Assembly (NCBI GenBank): GCA_035175045.1 | Contig: WWDU01000026.1 | Coordinates: forward strand, 61,793-125,792 | Source: Candidatus Calypsonella navitae | Lineage (GTDB): Archaea; Thermoproteota; Thermoprotei_A; Sulfolobales; Acidilobaceae | Direction of reading: 5' to 3' | DNA length: 64,000 nucleotides | Shown here: positions 1-8,386 of the stretch, piece by piece | Position numbering within the stretch: the first letter of the stretch is position 1 | Layout of the letters: each line of letters begins with the position of its first letter | Program-made: the position numbers and the translations under genes | Notes under the pieces: model-generated | The model's input: only the letters and a program-made list of their open reading frames with translations | Told to the model about the DNA's origin: nothing | Database searches by the model: none

Positions 1-7
1 CGCGTCA

Positions 8-649
8 ATGATTGACGCTACTATTCTATCGCCGACTGCAACGCTGGAGGATTACAGGAGGCTCATTAGTGACGTGGCCAGCGGCGGCTTCCACTGCGCT
101 ATGATGCCCCCACAGGCTGCGCTCCTGCTCGCCCGTGAGGCTTCGAGCAGCGGTGTGATGCTCTGTAGCGTCGTGGGGTTCCCCTACGGCTACGAGCCGG
201 TCGAGCATAAGGTCGGCCTCCTCGAGGCCCTAGCCGAGGGAGGCGTGGGGGAGGTTGACGCGGTCGCTAACCTCTCCCTCGTGCTCTCCGGCGAGTGGGG
301 TAGGGTCGAGGAGGAGGTCTCCTCGCTGGCTGACGCCGCGAGGTCAGCCGGGGTCAAGTTGAAGCTCATCGTGGAGGCCCCAGTGCTAAGCGACGAGCAG
401 CTCGCCCGCCTAGCCTCCATAGCCAGAGGGGCCCGTGTCGACTACCTGAAGACCAGCACCGGCGTCATCTCCAAGGGGGGCGACCCCTACACGGTCGCCA
501 GGCTCTACAGGGTCGCAGGAGGCGTGCCAGTCAAGGCTGCGGGTGGTATAAGGACCGGCTACGACGCCCTCATGGCCATAGCAGCTGGCGCAGCCAGGAT
601 AGGGGCGTCGAGCTACAGGAGGATAGTCGAGACGCTGCCCGTGGGGTAA
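8..649 (+). CDS. deoC: Deoxyribose-phosphate aldolase (class I aldolase, DeoC family)
   Basis: 213-aa ORF with DeoC-like motifs DYLKTSTG (Schiff-base Lys) and VKAAGGIRT near the C-terminus. Confidence 0.8.
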   Translation: MIDATILSPTATLEDYRRLISDVASGGFHCAMMPPQAALLLAREASSSGVMLCSVVGFPYGYEPVEHKVGLLEALAEGGVGEVDAVANLSLVLSGEWGRVEEEVSSLADAARSAGVKLKLIVEAPVLSDEQLARLASIARGARVDYLKTSTGVISKGGDPYTVARLYRVAGGVPVKAAGGIRTGYDALMAIAAGAARIGASSYRRIVETLPVG

Positions 650-677
650 GGGCTCTACACCCTGGGGGAGGGCCCCT

Positions 678-2141
678 GTGGGGTGCAAGGATAGGATAGT
701 ACTCCTCACGAGCAGGGCTGCTGAGAGAATAGTTAGGCACTTCGCCTCGGAGTTCGACTGCGTCGAGGTCGAGGTACTACCTGTTAATGTCGCATCATTC
801 CTGAGCGCCGAGGCGCTTGAGGCCCTCATCGAGCGTGACCCAGGGCTCCTCGAGAGGCTTCGAGGGGCAAGCCTCGTGGTTGCCCCCGGCCTTGTCAAGG
901 GAGACCTCTCACGCCTCTCGGAGAGGCTGGGGGTTGAGGTTGTCAAGGGGACCCGCTCAGCCTCTGGCATCCCAGCGCTGCTTGAGCACATAAAGTCCGG
1001 GGGGAGGCTCTCACCTAGGGAACCGGCTGATTACGTAATAGGCGGTAGGGCTAAGCTGAGGGCCGAGAGGACCCTGAGGCTAGGCCCCGTGGAGGTACCC
1101 CTCAGGGGCCCCCCGCTCCTCGTGGCCTCGGAGGTGCCTCCGGGCCGGGAGGCCCGTGAGGCCGCCAGACTCGTTGGGGAGGGCGCAGACATCATAGTGA
1201 TTGGTGTCCTACCCAGCGATGACCCTAGCCGGGTCAAATCCTCTGTCGCGGAGGCTCTCGACGCCTCCTCGGGCAGGGCAGCTGTCCTAGCCGAGGCCCC
1301 CACACCAAACCATGCGAGGGCTGCCGTGGAGGCGGGGGCGCATGGAGTGGTTGCCTCTCCGGAGGTGGCTCTGGCGTCCTCCGAGCACCTAAGGGGGCTA
1401 GCCGCTGTTGTCGGCGAGCGGGACGTTGACAGCCTCTTCCTCGCGCTGGAGGCCCTCAAGTCGCGGGGTGTCAGTGTCATAGCTGACCCCGTGGTCGACG
1501 CCCCCCTGATAGGGTTCGCCTCGAGCCTGGAGAGGTACATCGAAGCCTCCGAGAGGCTCGATGCACCCCTGGTTTTCTCGGCGGCCAACGCGTCCACGGA
1601 GGTTGAGGCCGACACCCACGGTATCCACGCCCTGCTGGCCGCCGTCGCCCTAGAGGTCGGGGCCAGCATCTACTACGTGGTCGAGGATAGGTACAAGGAC
1701 GTCCACTCCACGGCGGAGGCCGCCGAGGCCGTCTCCCTGGCTGAGAGGGCCTATGAGGCCAGCCTCACCGAGAGGGGCCTCGCTAGTAGGCTACTCATAC
1801 TAAAACAGGCCCAGCCACCCCCACCGCCTAGGCTACCCCCGGGTAGGAGAGTAAACAACGTGCCTCCGACACTGGACCCCGCGGGGTACTTTATAGTTGA
1901 CGTTGACCACTCACGCGGCGTCATCATTGTGGAATTCCGGGGCGCCCGGGGCACCCTGAGGCTCGAGGGTAGGAGCGCTAGAGACCTAGCTAGGGCCATG
2001 CTCCGCGAGGCCAGGGTCTCCCTGGAGCACGCGGCCTACCTGGGGTACGAGCTCTGCAAGGCCGAGCAGGCTCTTAGGCTCGGGCTTACATACATACAAG
2101 ACGAGGACCTCCTCAGGCCCCCGTGGGTGGCGGATGCTTGA
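678..2141 (+). CDS. Dihydropteroate synthase-related protein with C-terminal DUF4346-like domain (MJ0107 type; recalled from memory)
   Basis: 487 aa. N-terminal and central regions resemble archaeal DHPS-related proteins. The C-terminal ~110 aa (GYFIVDVDHSRGVIIVEF...YLGYELCKAE) resemble DUF4346. The 3' end overlaps the next gene by 19 nt. Confidence 0.45.
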   Translation: MGCKDRIVLLTSRAAERIVRHFASEFDCVEVEVLPVNVASFLSAEALEALIERDPGLLERLRGASLVVAPGLVKGDLSRLSERLGVEVVKGTRSASGIPALLEHIKSGGRLSPREPADYVIGGRAKLRAERTLRLGPVEVPLRGPPLLVASEVPPGREAREAARLVGEGADIIVIGVLPSDDPSRVKSSVAEALDASSGRAAVLAEAPTPNHARAAVEAGAHGVVASPEVALASSEHLRGLAAVVGERDVDSLFLALEALKSRGVSVIADPVVDAPLIGFASSLERYIEASERLDAPLVFSAANASTEVEADTHGIHALLAAVALEVGASIYYVVEDRYKDVHSTAEAAEAVSLAERAYEASLTERGLASRLLILKQAQPPPPPRLPPGRRVNNVPPTLDPAGYFIVDVDHSRGVIIVEFRGARGTLRLEGRSARDLARAMLREARVSLEHAAYLGYELCKAEQALRLGLTYIQDEDLLRPPWVADA

Positions 2142-3127
2142 GCCCGGAGCCAAGGCTCGCTGTGGCGTCAGCCCCCGGCAAGGTCATACTGCTGGGGGAG
2201 CACTTCGTAGTGAGGGGTTCGAGGGCCCTAGTCGCCTCGATAAGCCTCCGGGTCCGCGTGGAGGTGGAGCGCAGGGGATCCTGGCCCTCCATAATAGAGA
2301 GCGAGGGGCTGGGGTCCCGGGCCCTCCTAAGGAGGAACCTAAGGCTCGAGGGGCCCGCCGAGTTCGAGCCATTCAAGGCTATACTCGGCCTCCTCCACTC
2401 CAGAGGCTGGAGCCTCGAGCCCTTCAGAGCGCGCATAACGGGCGGCCTACCAATAGGAGCTGGCCTGGGGTCGAGCGCTGCCGTTAGCGCGGCCTTCGCC
2501 CTAGCCTATACGGCCCTCCTGGGATCCCCCGCTCCTCCCAGGGACCTCCTAGAGCTGGCCCTCGAGGGCGAGCGCGTGGTCCACGAGAACCCGAGCGGCG
2601 TCGACAGCGCCATCGCAGTCCACGGGGGCTTCCTGGTCTATAGGAGGGGGGAGGAGCCCAGGAGGGTGGACCTCAGGCTCCCCGAGGGGTCGGTGCTCGT
2701 GATAGCGGATAGCGGGATCCCCCGGAGGACTGGCGACATCGTGCTCCACGTTCTCGGGAGGGCTAGAGCCGCTGGGAGGGCGTCCGAGGCCCTCTATAGA
2801 GCCGCCGACATCCTCATAGACGAGGCACTCAACGCCCTCAGGGAGGGGGACGCCCGGAGGCTGGGAGCGCTCATGGACCTAGCCCACGGTATGCTGGCTG
2901 GCCTCGGAGCCTCGAGCCGGGTGCTAGACGGGCTGGTCCACGCCGCGAGGGAGGCTGGCGCCTACGGCGCAAAGCTCACGGGGGCGGGCTGGGGTGGCTC
3001 CATAATAGCGCTTGTCCCGGGCGACGCCGTCGAGAGGGTTAGGGCCGCGCTCCTCGGAGCCGGGGCCAGGTGGGCCGAGGCGGTCTCCCTGGGGGGCCCC
3101 GGCGCGGTGCTGGAGCGTAAAACTTAA
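2123..3127 (+). CDS. mvk: Mevalonate kinase (GHMP kinase family)
   Basis: APGKVILLGEHFVV N-terminus, PIGAGLGSSAA (GHMP motif II) and KLTGAGWGGS (motif III). Confidence 0.85.
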   Translation: MGGGCLSPEPRLAVASAPGKVILLGEHFVVRGSRALVASISLRVRVEVERRGSWPSIIESEGLGSRALLRRNLRLEGPAEFEPFKAILGLLHSRGWSLEPFRARITGGLPIGAGLGSSAAVSAAFALAYTALLGSPAPPRDLLELALEGERVVHENPSGVDSAIAVHGGFLVYRRGEEPRRVDLRLPEGSVLVIADSGIPRRTGDIVLHVLGRARAAGRASEALYRAADILIDEALNALREGDARRLGALMDLAHGMLAGLGASSRVLDGLVHAAREAGAYGAKLTGAGWGGSIIALVPGDAVERVRAALLGAGARWAEAVSLGGPGAVLERKT

Positions 3128-3187
3128 AAACTCTCCTTGAGGGGGTTATAAGCGATACGCCCCCCTTCAGGGGCTTTATCGTTTAAG

Positions 3188-4216
3188 TTGGAGGGTGGCA
3201 TATTGTCGGAGAAAAAGCCTCGGGGAGAATCCGAGGCCTGCCCCCCCGAGTACATAGTTTACGACCCCGAGAGGGGGGTCAGGGTCTGCACGCTGAACGG
3301 CCAGATCATAGAGGACGTGGTTATCGATGAGAGGGTGGACTACAGGGCCTACGATGAGGAGGAGAGGAGGCGCCGCGCCCGCGTCGGGGGCCCCCTTTCG
3401 CCCGCGAAGCAGCACATGGGCGTGACGGTTGGCTACGCCATCCCGGCGACAGGCAAGCCCCGGGGGCTAAGCAGGACGAGGAGGCTAGAGGCCATCCGCA
3501 GGGCACTCGCGTACGGCACCACGCTAACCAGCGTCGAGAAGAATATTAACCAGGCCCTCAGGAAGCTGGACGACCTAGCCCAGGCCCTGGATGTGCCGCA
3601 GCACGTCAAGGAGGAGGCCGCGAGGATCTACAGGGAGGCGGCCCAGAAGGGGCTCACGAGGGGTAGGAGCATAGAGAGCGTCGTAGCCGCAGCCCTCTAC
3701 GCTGCATGTAGGAGGCTCCAGATCGCCTGTAGCATACAGAGGATAGCAGAAACACTAGGCTTCAGGGAGGGCACGGACCCGAGGAGAGAGATAGCCAGAT
3801 GCTACAGGCTACTCGTCAGGGACCTAGGGCTCAGCATACCCGTGATAAACCCCGAGAACTTCGTCAGCCAGATAACGAGCGAGCTGGGCCTCCCGGATAG
3901 CGTCGCTGCCGAGGCCGTTAAGATAGTCAGGCTAGCTAAGGAGGCGGGTATAACGGCGGGCAAGGATCCCAGCGGGGTAGCCGCCGCGGCCGTCTACATC
4001 GCGGCGATCAAGCAGGGCTTCAGGAAGACCCAGAAGGACGTCGCGAGCAAGGCTGGTGTCACGGAGGTTACTGTGAGGAATAGGTACAAGGAGATAGTCC
4101 AGTACATAAAGGACAAGCTCGGTATCGACATAGAGAAGATCGAGCAGCAGAGGCTGAAGCAGGCGAAACAGGAGAAACAGGCCAAGAGCAAGGCGAGGGC
4201 TAAGGCAAAGGGCTAG
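3188..4216 (+). CDS. tfb: Transcription initiation factor IIB (TFB) with degenerate N-terminal zinc ribbon and Lys/Gln/Ala-rich C-terminal tail
   Basis: B-reader/linker segment (DYRAYDEEERRRRARVGGPLS), two cyclin-fold repeats (RGRSIESVVAAALYAACR, KDPSGVAAAAVYIAA) and TVRNRYKEI near the end. TTG start. Only 2 Cys in the ribbon region. Confidence 0.9.
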   Translation: MEGGILSEKKPRGESEACPPEYIVYDPERGVRVCTLNGQIIEDVVIDERVDYRAYDEEERRRRARVGGPLSPAKQHMGVTVGYAIPATGKPRGLSRTRRLEAIRRALAYGTTLTSVEKNINQALRKLDDLAQALDVPQHVKEEAARIYREAAQKGLTRGRSIESVVAAALYAACRRLQIACSIQRIAETLGFREGTDPRREIARCYRLLVRDLGLSIPVINPENFVSQITSELGLPDSVAAEAVKIVRLAKEAGITAGKDPSGVAAAAVYIAAIKQGFRKTQKDVASKAGVTEVTVRNRYKEIVQYIKDKLGIDIEKIEQQRLKQAKQEKQAKSKARAKAKG

Positions 4217-6045
4217 GGCCTGAGGCCCACTATCGAGTCCAGGGTCTCCACCGTGAAGTCTAGGCCCAGCCTCTCCAGGGTCGACCTCCTGGGCACCCCG
4301 CGCTCGTCCCAGCCCCTCTGCTCGTAGTAGGAGTCTAGGAGAGCCCTGAACGAGTCAAGGTCGAGCTTGCTGCCGGCCAGTGGGCCCTTGGTTAGGGGGT
4401 CCTTGAACCACCTGGCCGGGGGCATGTCTAGGCTCCTATCCCAGCCCCCCAGCTCCCTTATCCAGAGCGCCCGTATGAGCGCATAGATCCTGTCGGCCAC
4501 CGCGTAGAGCTCGTCCCAGGTGTAGCGTATACCCGTCGCGTGGTAGAGTAGCTTGGGGTAGTAGTCCAGGTCTAGGCCCAGCTCCACCCAGGGCAGCCTA
4601 CACGTGGTGAAGCTCTCGAAGAGCCCGCCCCTAATCCTCTGCAGCTCTATGACCTTGGCAGCCTTCTCCGGCCCGTAGGAGAATCTGTCGGTGGCCACCT
4701 CCCAGCTTATGACCCAGGCATCCTTGTGGTGGGCGCCTATTGGGCTCGTGGCGTAGGCAAGGGCCATGCCCGGGGCCGCGTGGCAGTCGTAGGCGCTGAC
4801 CTCGAGGCCCTTGACCTGCATGGCGTACCTCATGGAGTCGCCCCCCAGCTTCTCGGCCGCCCTCCGCGTGCCCTCCGCTAGGAGGTTGCCTAGCTCCGTC
4901 TCCCTGAGGGCTATCTCCCTGGTCAGCTCCGCGAACCTGTCGAAGTCGCCCCACTCTATCCTCTCCTCTATCAGGCCCTGCTCGCTCGCCTCGGCAGCGA
5001 AGGCCAGCACTGAGCCGAGGCTTATGGTGTCCATGCCGTACTGGTCCGCCAGCCTATTCAGGACTCCCACCTTCGACAGGTCCCCCAGGCCTATGTTGCT
5101 GCCGAGCATCGCGACGTTCTCGTAGTCCAACTCGCTCAGCTCGCCCTCCGCGTCCCTTATCACGTTGCCGCAGGGCATGTTGCAGTTGGGGCAGCTCCTC
5201 TGTGTAACCTTGAGCTCCTCCATCCTGTAGCCGTCTATGCCCTTGTAGCCCTCGAACACGCCCTCCCTGAAATTGTAGGTGGGTAGCACGCTGTTCTCCT
5301 GGGCCCAGTCAACGGTAGCCATGGTGCCCTGGCGTATCCAGAAGTTGTAGCCCTTCTTCCTCCTCACGTCCGCGTAGGCCTGGGCTCCGAGCTTCTTGAG
5401 TCCCTTCTCGTCGAAGAGGTTGAAGCCGCCTGTGCCTATTACCACGACTGCCTTCAGGTTCTTAGAGCCCATGACCGCCCCCATGCCGGGCCTGCCGCCG
5501 CTCCTACCCTCCTGGCTTATCACGGTTGCGAACCTCACCATCTTCTCCCCAGCGGGGCCTATCACGAGGATGCCCGCCTGCTTGCCGTACTCGCTCCTAA
5601 GGGCCCTCTCGGCGCGCCACGTGTCGAGCCCCCAGAGGTGCTCGGCGTCGACGAAGTCGACCTTGCCATCCCTCACGACGAGGGTCGTGGGCTTCTCGGC
5701 CCTACCCTTGACCACGATGGCGTCTATGCCGGCCCTCCTCATGTGAACCGATGCGAGGCTCCCAATATTGCCGTCTCCATACCCCCCGGTTAGGGGGCTC
5801 TTGGCGGCTATCACCATCTTCCCGCTGCTGGGCAGGGGCAGGCCCGTCAGGGGCCCCACAGCGAACACGAGGAGGTTCTCGGGCCCCAGGGGATCGGCTC
5901 CCCGGGGCAGGTACTCCCACAGGATCCTCGCAGCCAGGCCCCTACCGCCTATGAACTTCTGGGCCCACTCACCGGGGTAGCCTACTAGCTTGTACTCGCC
6001 ACGCGAGAGGTCTACCCATAGGATACTGCCATGCCACCCCTTCAA
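4213..6045 (-). CDS. aor: Tungsten-containing aldehyde:ferredoxin oxidoreductase (AOR family)
   Basis: N-terminus KGWHGSILWVDLSRGEY matches the canonical AOR start. CPNCNMPCG is the Cx2Cx3C 4Fe-4S motif. The ORF track extends to 6150, but the TTG at 6045 sits directly before the conserved N-terminus. Confidence 0.85.
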   Translation of the reverse strand: MKGWHGSILWVDLSRGEYKLVGYPGEWAQKFIGGRGLAARILWEYLPRGADPLGPENLLVFAVGPLTGLPLPSSGKMVIAAKSPLTGGYGDGNIGSLASVHMRRAGIDAIVVKGRAEKPTTLVVRDGKVDFVDAEHLWGLDTWRAERALRSEYGKQAGILVIGPAGEKMVRFATVISQEGRSGGRPGMGAVMGSKNLKAVVVIGTGGFNLFDEKGLKKLGAQAYADVRRKKGYNFWIRQGTMATVDWAQENSVLPTYNFREGVFEGYKGIDGYRMEELKVTQRSCPNCNMPCGNVIRDAEGELSELDYENVAMLGSNIGLGDLSKVGVLNRLADQYGMDTISLGSVLAFAAEASEQGLIEERIEWGDFDRFAELTREIALRETELGNLLAEGTRRAAEKLGGDSMRYAMQVKGLEVSAYDCHAAPGMALAYATSPIGAHHKDAWVISWEVATDRFSYGPEKAAKVIELQRIRGGLFESFTTCRLPWVELGLDLDYYPKLLYHATGIRYTWDELYAVADRIYALIRALWIRELGGWDRSLDMPPARWFKDPLTKGPLAGSKLDLDSFRALLDSYYEQRGWDERGVPRRSTLERLGLDFTVETLDSIVGLRP

Positions 6046-6139
6046 ACCCTGCCTGCACCCCCTACGTGTAGTACACCGCCTACACAACGGTTGCCGGGGG
6101 ATTAAGTAGGATAGCCGGTGCCCCGGCTGGCGAGGCGGC

Positions 6140-6541
6140 CTAGCCAGCATCCTCCCCGCAGGCCTTAGCTATAGCTTCCACGAGGCCCCTGCAGGCCTCG
6201 AGCTTGACTCTAGCAGCCTGGGAGCCAGAGCGGGCCGCCGCCTCTAGGCCCTCGATCGCCCTGCATAGGGCCTCAGAGGGCTTGACCCCAGCCTTCTCGA
6301 GGACGCTGGGGTCCACCCTCCTCTCGATGGTCGTGATGTAGGGGAGGATGCCCGGGTGCCGGAGCTGCCGGAGCTTGAAGCCGTCGGGGTGTATGACCAC
6401 TTCTACATCCCTGCCTATGACATAGGACACCTCGTGCTCGCCCGGCGGAGGCGCCAGGCACGCCACGAGATCCCAGCCAGTCTTGCCTGCGCATGGGCAC
6501 CCGCTCAGGGCTCCCAGCCTCCTTATGACCAGCCCTTCCAC
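6140..6541 (-). CDS. Hypothetical small Cys-containing protein
   Basis: 133-aa ORF with protein-like composition and no recognised motif. A TATA-like TTAAAGG abuts the annotated start, so the true start may be an internal GTG near 6466. Confidence 0.35.
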   Translation of the reverse strand: MEGLVIRRLGALSGCPCAGKTGWDLVACLAPPPGEHEVSYVIGRDVEVVIHPDGFKLRQLRHPGILPYITTIERRVDPSVLEKAGVKPSEALCRAIEGLEAAARSGSQAARVKLEACRGLVEAIAKACGEDAG

Positions 6542-6617
6542 CCTTTAATCCAGGGGGCTCCTCCACTCAATATGGCACTAACCCCGCATAGGGCGCTGGA
6601 GACCCGGGGGCCGCCTG

Positions 6618-7007
6618 ATGGAGAAGCCGAAGTTCATCCACCTGCTAGGCAAGGATGCGAGGCTTAGGATCATAGAGGTGCTGGCCGCCACTAGGTCGCA
6701 TAAGGAGGTGGCTGAGCTACTCGGGGTCACACCGGCCGCTGTGACGAAGTACCTATCCAGGCGCACCCACCCAAGCGATAGGGTCCTGCTCAGGGCCATA
6801 GAGGCGGCGGCCCCCGAGGAGAAGAGGCGCATAGCCGAGATCGTAAGGGACGAGCTCCTCTCCGGCCTCAAGAGCTATATGGACTGGGCCATGGAGGAGG
6901 GGGTCTTCACCCGCGAGGACCTGCACCGCATGGAGGAGGTGGTATATGGGAGCGTGCTAGTCGCCGTCACCGCGGGTAGGAGGCTCCCAGGGAAGCCTCA
7001 GCTTTAG
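6618..7007 (+). CDS. Putative helix-turn-helix transcriptional regulator
   Basis: 129 aa. ARLRIIEVLAATRSHKEVAELLGVTPAAVTKYLS looks like an ArsR/Trm-type HTH. ATG start. Confidence 0.55.
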   Translation: MEKPKFIHLLGKDARLRIIEVLAATRSHKEVAELLGVTPAAVTKYLSRRTHPSDRVLLRAIEAAAPEEKRRIAEIVRDELLSGLKSYMDWAMEEGVFTREDLHRMEEVVYGSVLVAVTAGRRLPGKPQL

Positions 7008-7478
7008 GATCCTCCAGTACTCCCCCGCCTCGACTAGCCAACCCGCGAGGATACGGGCTATCCTCCTACGCGCCTCCCCCGGCTCGAGGCGCACTCCCAG
7101 CGCCTCGAGGACGGCCTCAGCGGCCACGTCGGGGTCCACCCTCTCCTCGAGGGCCGAGGCGAGCCTCTCAACCAGCTCTAGGGCCGAGCCGGTGCCGCCC
7201 TCAACGATTGACCTTAGGGACTCGAAGTCCTCCCGCCTCAGCGTGGAGGCCTCGATGAGATCCTCCCGGCCCCGCTGCCTCGCGAGCCTCCAGTAGGCGT
7301 ATAGGGGCCTGTAGTCGCTCACTATTTTACCTGAGGCCCATGGAGGCCTCTCGGAGCCCGACAAGAGCCGGAGCACCCCCTGGAGGGTCTGGGCTGCATC
7401 GAGGAGTAATAGGCCTCCAGCGGGCGGGCGAGGTGCCAGCCCCTTGGACGCGTACGTGCTCGACACAACGGCCGTCAC
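6957..7478 (-). CDS. Hypothetical protein (helical, start uncertain)
   Basis: 173-aa ORF and the only long ORF covering 7008-7443. The sequence is helical and acidic (REDLIEASTLRREDFESLRSIVEGG). Both ends overlap neighbours (51 nt convergent, 35 nt divergent), so the boundaries are doubtful. Confidence 0.35.
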   Translation of the reverse strand: MTAVVSSTYASKGLAPRPPAGGLLLLDAAQTLQGVLRLLSGSERPPWASGKIVSDYRPLYAYWRLARQRGREDLIEASTLRREDFESLRSIVEGGTGSALELVERLASALEERVDPDVAAEAVLEALGVRLEPGEARRRIARILAGWLVEAGEYWRILKLRLPWEPPTRGDGD

Positions 7479-8076
7479 GGAGGCCAGGCTCCGCAGGAAG
7501 CTTGGCGCTGAGAGCCTCGAGGCCGTTGTGCATAGGGTAGCCTCGCTGCTCCGGGAGGCCAGGCTCTCCCTCGGGGCTAGGTTCTACATGACCCCCGCGA
7601 CCTGGAACGAGCTCAGGAGGATGCTCCTCGGCAACGGGGTCAACCTGGACTCCGTCCAGGAGCTGGCGGCCTGGATAACGGTGAAGCCTCCCGACAAGCT
7701 GAGCGCCCGCCTGCCAGCCTCGGTCTTCAGCGAGTACGTGGCCGACGTCAGGAGGAGGCTCTACAGGGGACTCAGGGTGGCCGAGGCGGCCCTACGCAGA
7801 GCAGCCAGGGAGTGCCCCGGGGCCAGCGAGGAGTGCATAGGGAACCACATACGCGGCCTCAGGGACCGCTACCGAGAAGCCACCCGCAAGGGCCTCCTGG
7901 ATAGCGTGGAGGACCTAGACACCGTCCTCCTAGCACTAGAGATACACGGCATACTAGTCTCAAGCGACGAGGGCATAAGGAGGCTCGCCGAGCAGCTGGG
8001 CATCATGATAATAGACCCCGAGGACTGGGTGGAAGCACTAGCAAGGATGATCCGGGCAACACACGAGAAGAAGTAA
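7444..8076 (+). CDS. PIN-domain protein of the UPF0278 / HARP family (RNA-free, protein-only RNase P homolog; formerly 'RNA ligase partner')
   Basis: 210 aa. YVLDTTAV N-terminus, FYMTPATWNEL, RRRLYRGLRVAE, LRDRYREATRKGLLDSVEDLDTVLLALE and ILVSSDEGIRRLAEQLGIMIIDP match the family pattern as I recall it from Pyrococcus/Methanocaldococcus members. TTG start. Confidence 0.75.
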   Translation: MDAYVLDTTAVTEARLRRKLGAESLEAVVHRVASLLREARLSLGARFYMTPATWNELRRMLLGNGVNLDSVQELAAWITVKPPDKLSARLPASVFSEYVADVRRRLYRGLRVAEAALRRAARECPGASEECIGNHIRGLRDRYREATRKGLLDSVEDLDTVLLALEIHGILVSSDEGIRRLAEQLGIMIIDPEDWVEALARMIRATHEKK

Positions 8077-8116
8077 CAACAATAAACCCCAGCCACGCAA
8101 CACGCAAGCCAGGGGA

Positions 8117-8229
8117 GCCGCCGTAGCTCAGCGGTAGAGCGCCGGCCTCGTATGGAGCCCCAGGGGCCAGCCCGAAGTCGCCCCCGGGAGAGCCGGTGGT
8201 CGCGGGTTCGAATCCCGCCGGCGGCTCCA
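8117..8229 (+). tRNA. tRNA-Thr (anticodon CGU) with 38-nt intron at canonical 37/38 position (8153-8190); CCA encoded
   Basis: Hand-folded cloverleaf: acceptor GCCGCCG/CGGCGGC, D arm GCTCAGCGGTAGAGC, anticodon stem CCGGC/GCCGG with loop CU-CGU-A|intron|A, T arm GCGGGTTCGAATCCCGC, discriminator U. Confidence 0.85.
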
Positions 8230-8277
8230 CACCACCCCCAAGCAATGAACCCCCACCCACAGGCCCGAGAGAGGGGC

Positions 8278-8352
8278 GCCGGGGTAGCTCAGCGGTAGAG
8301 CGCCGGGCTGTTAACCCGGTGGTCGGGGGTTCGAATCCCCTCCCCGGCGCCA
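8278..8352 (+). tRNA. tRNA-Asn (anticodon GUU), no intron; CCA encoded
   Basis: Acceptor GCCGGGG/CCCCGGC, anticodon arm CCGGG-CUGUUAA-CCCGG, T arm GGGGGTTCGAATCCCCT, discriminator G. Confidence 0.9.
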
Positions 8353-8386
8353 CAATTCCTTCCCTTAATTAGAGCCTTGCTAGGAG

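Noticed and set aside
6046-6150. 35-aa N-terminal extension of the AOR ORF
   Set aside because: It is Arg/Cys/Pro-rich and unlike AOR. The conserved GW.G..L.V.L N-terminus starts immediately after the TTG at 6045.
7444-8076. PIN-domain ORF as a VapC toxin of a toxin-antitoxin pair
   Set aside because: There is no small upstream antitoxin gene on the same strand. The protein is larger than VapC and carries the UPF0278/HARP-specific blocks.
8003-8353. 116-aa minus-strand ORF
   Set aside because: It runs antisense through tRNA-Thr and tRNA-Asn. Its Gly/Pro/Arg-rich translation is typical of a GC-driven shadow ORF.
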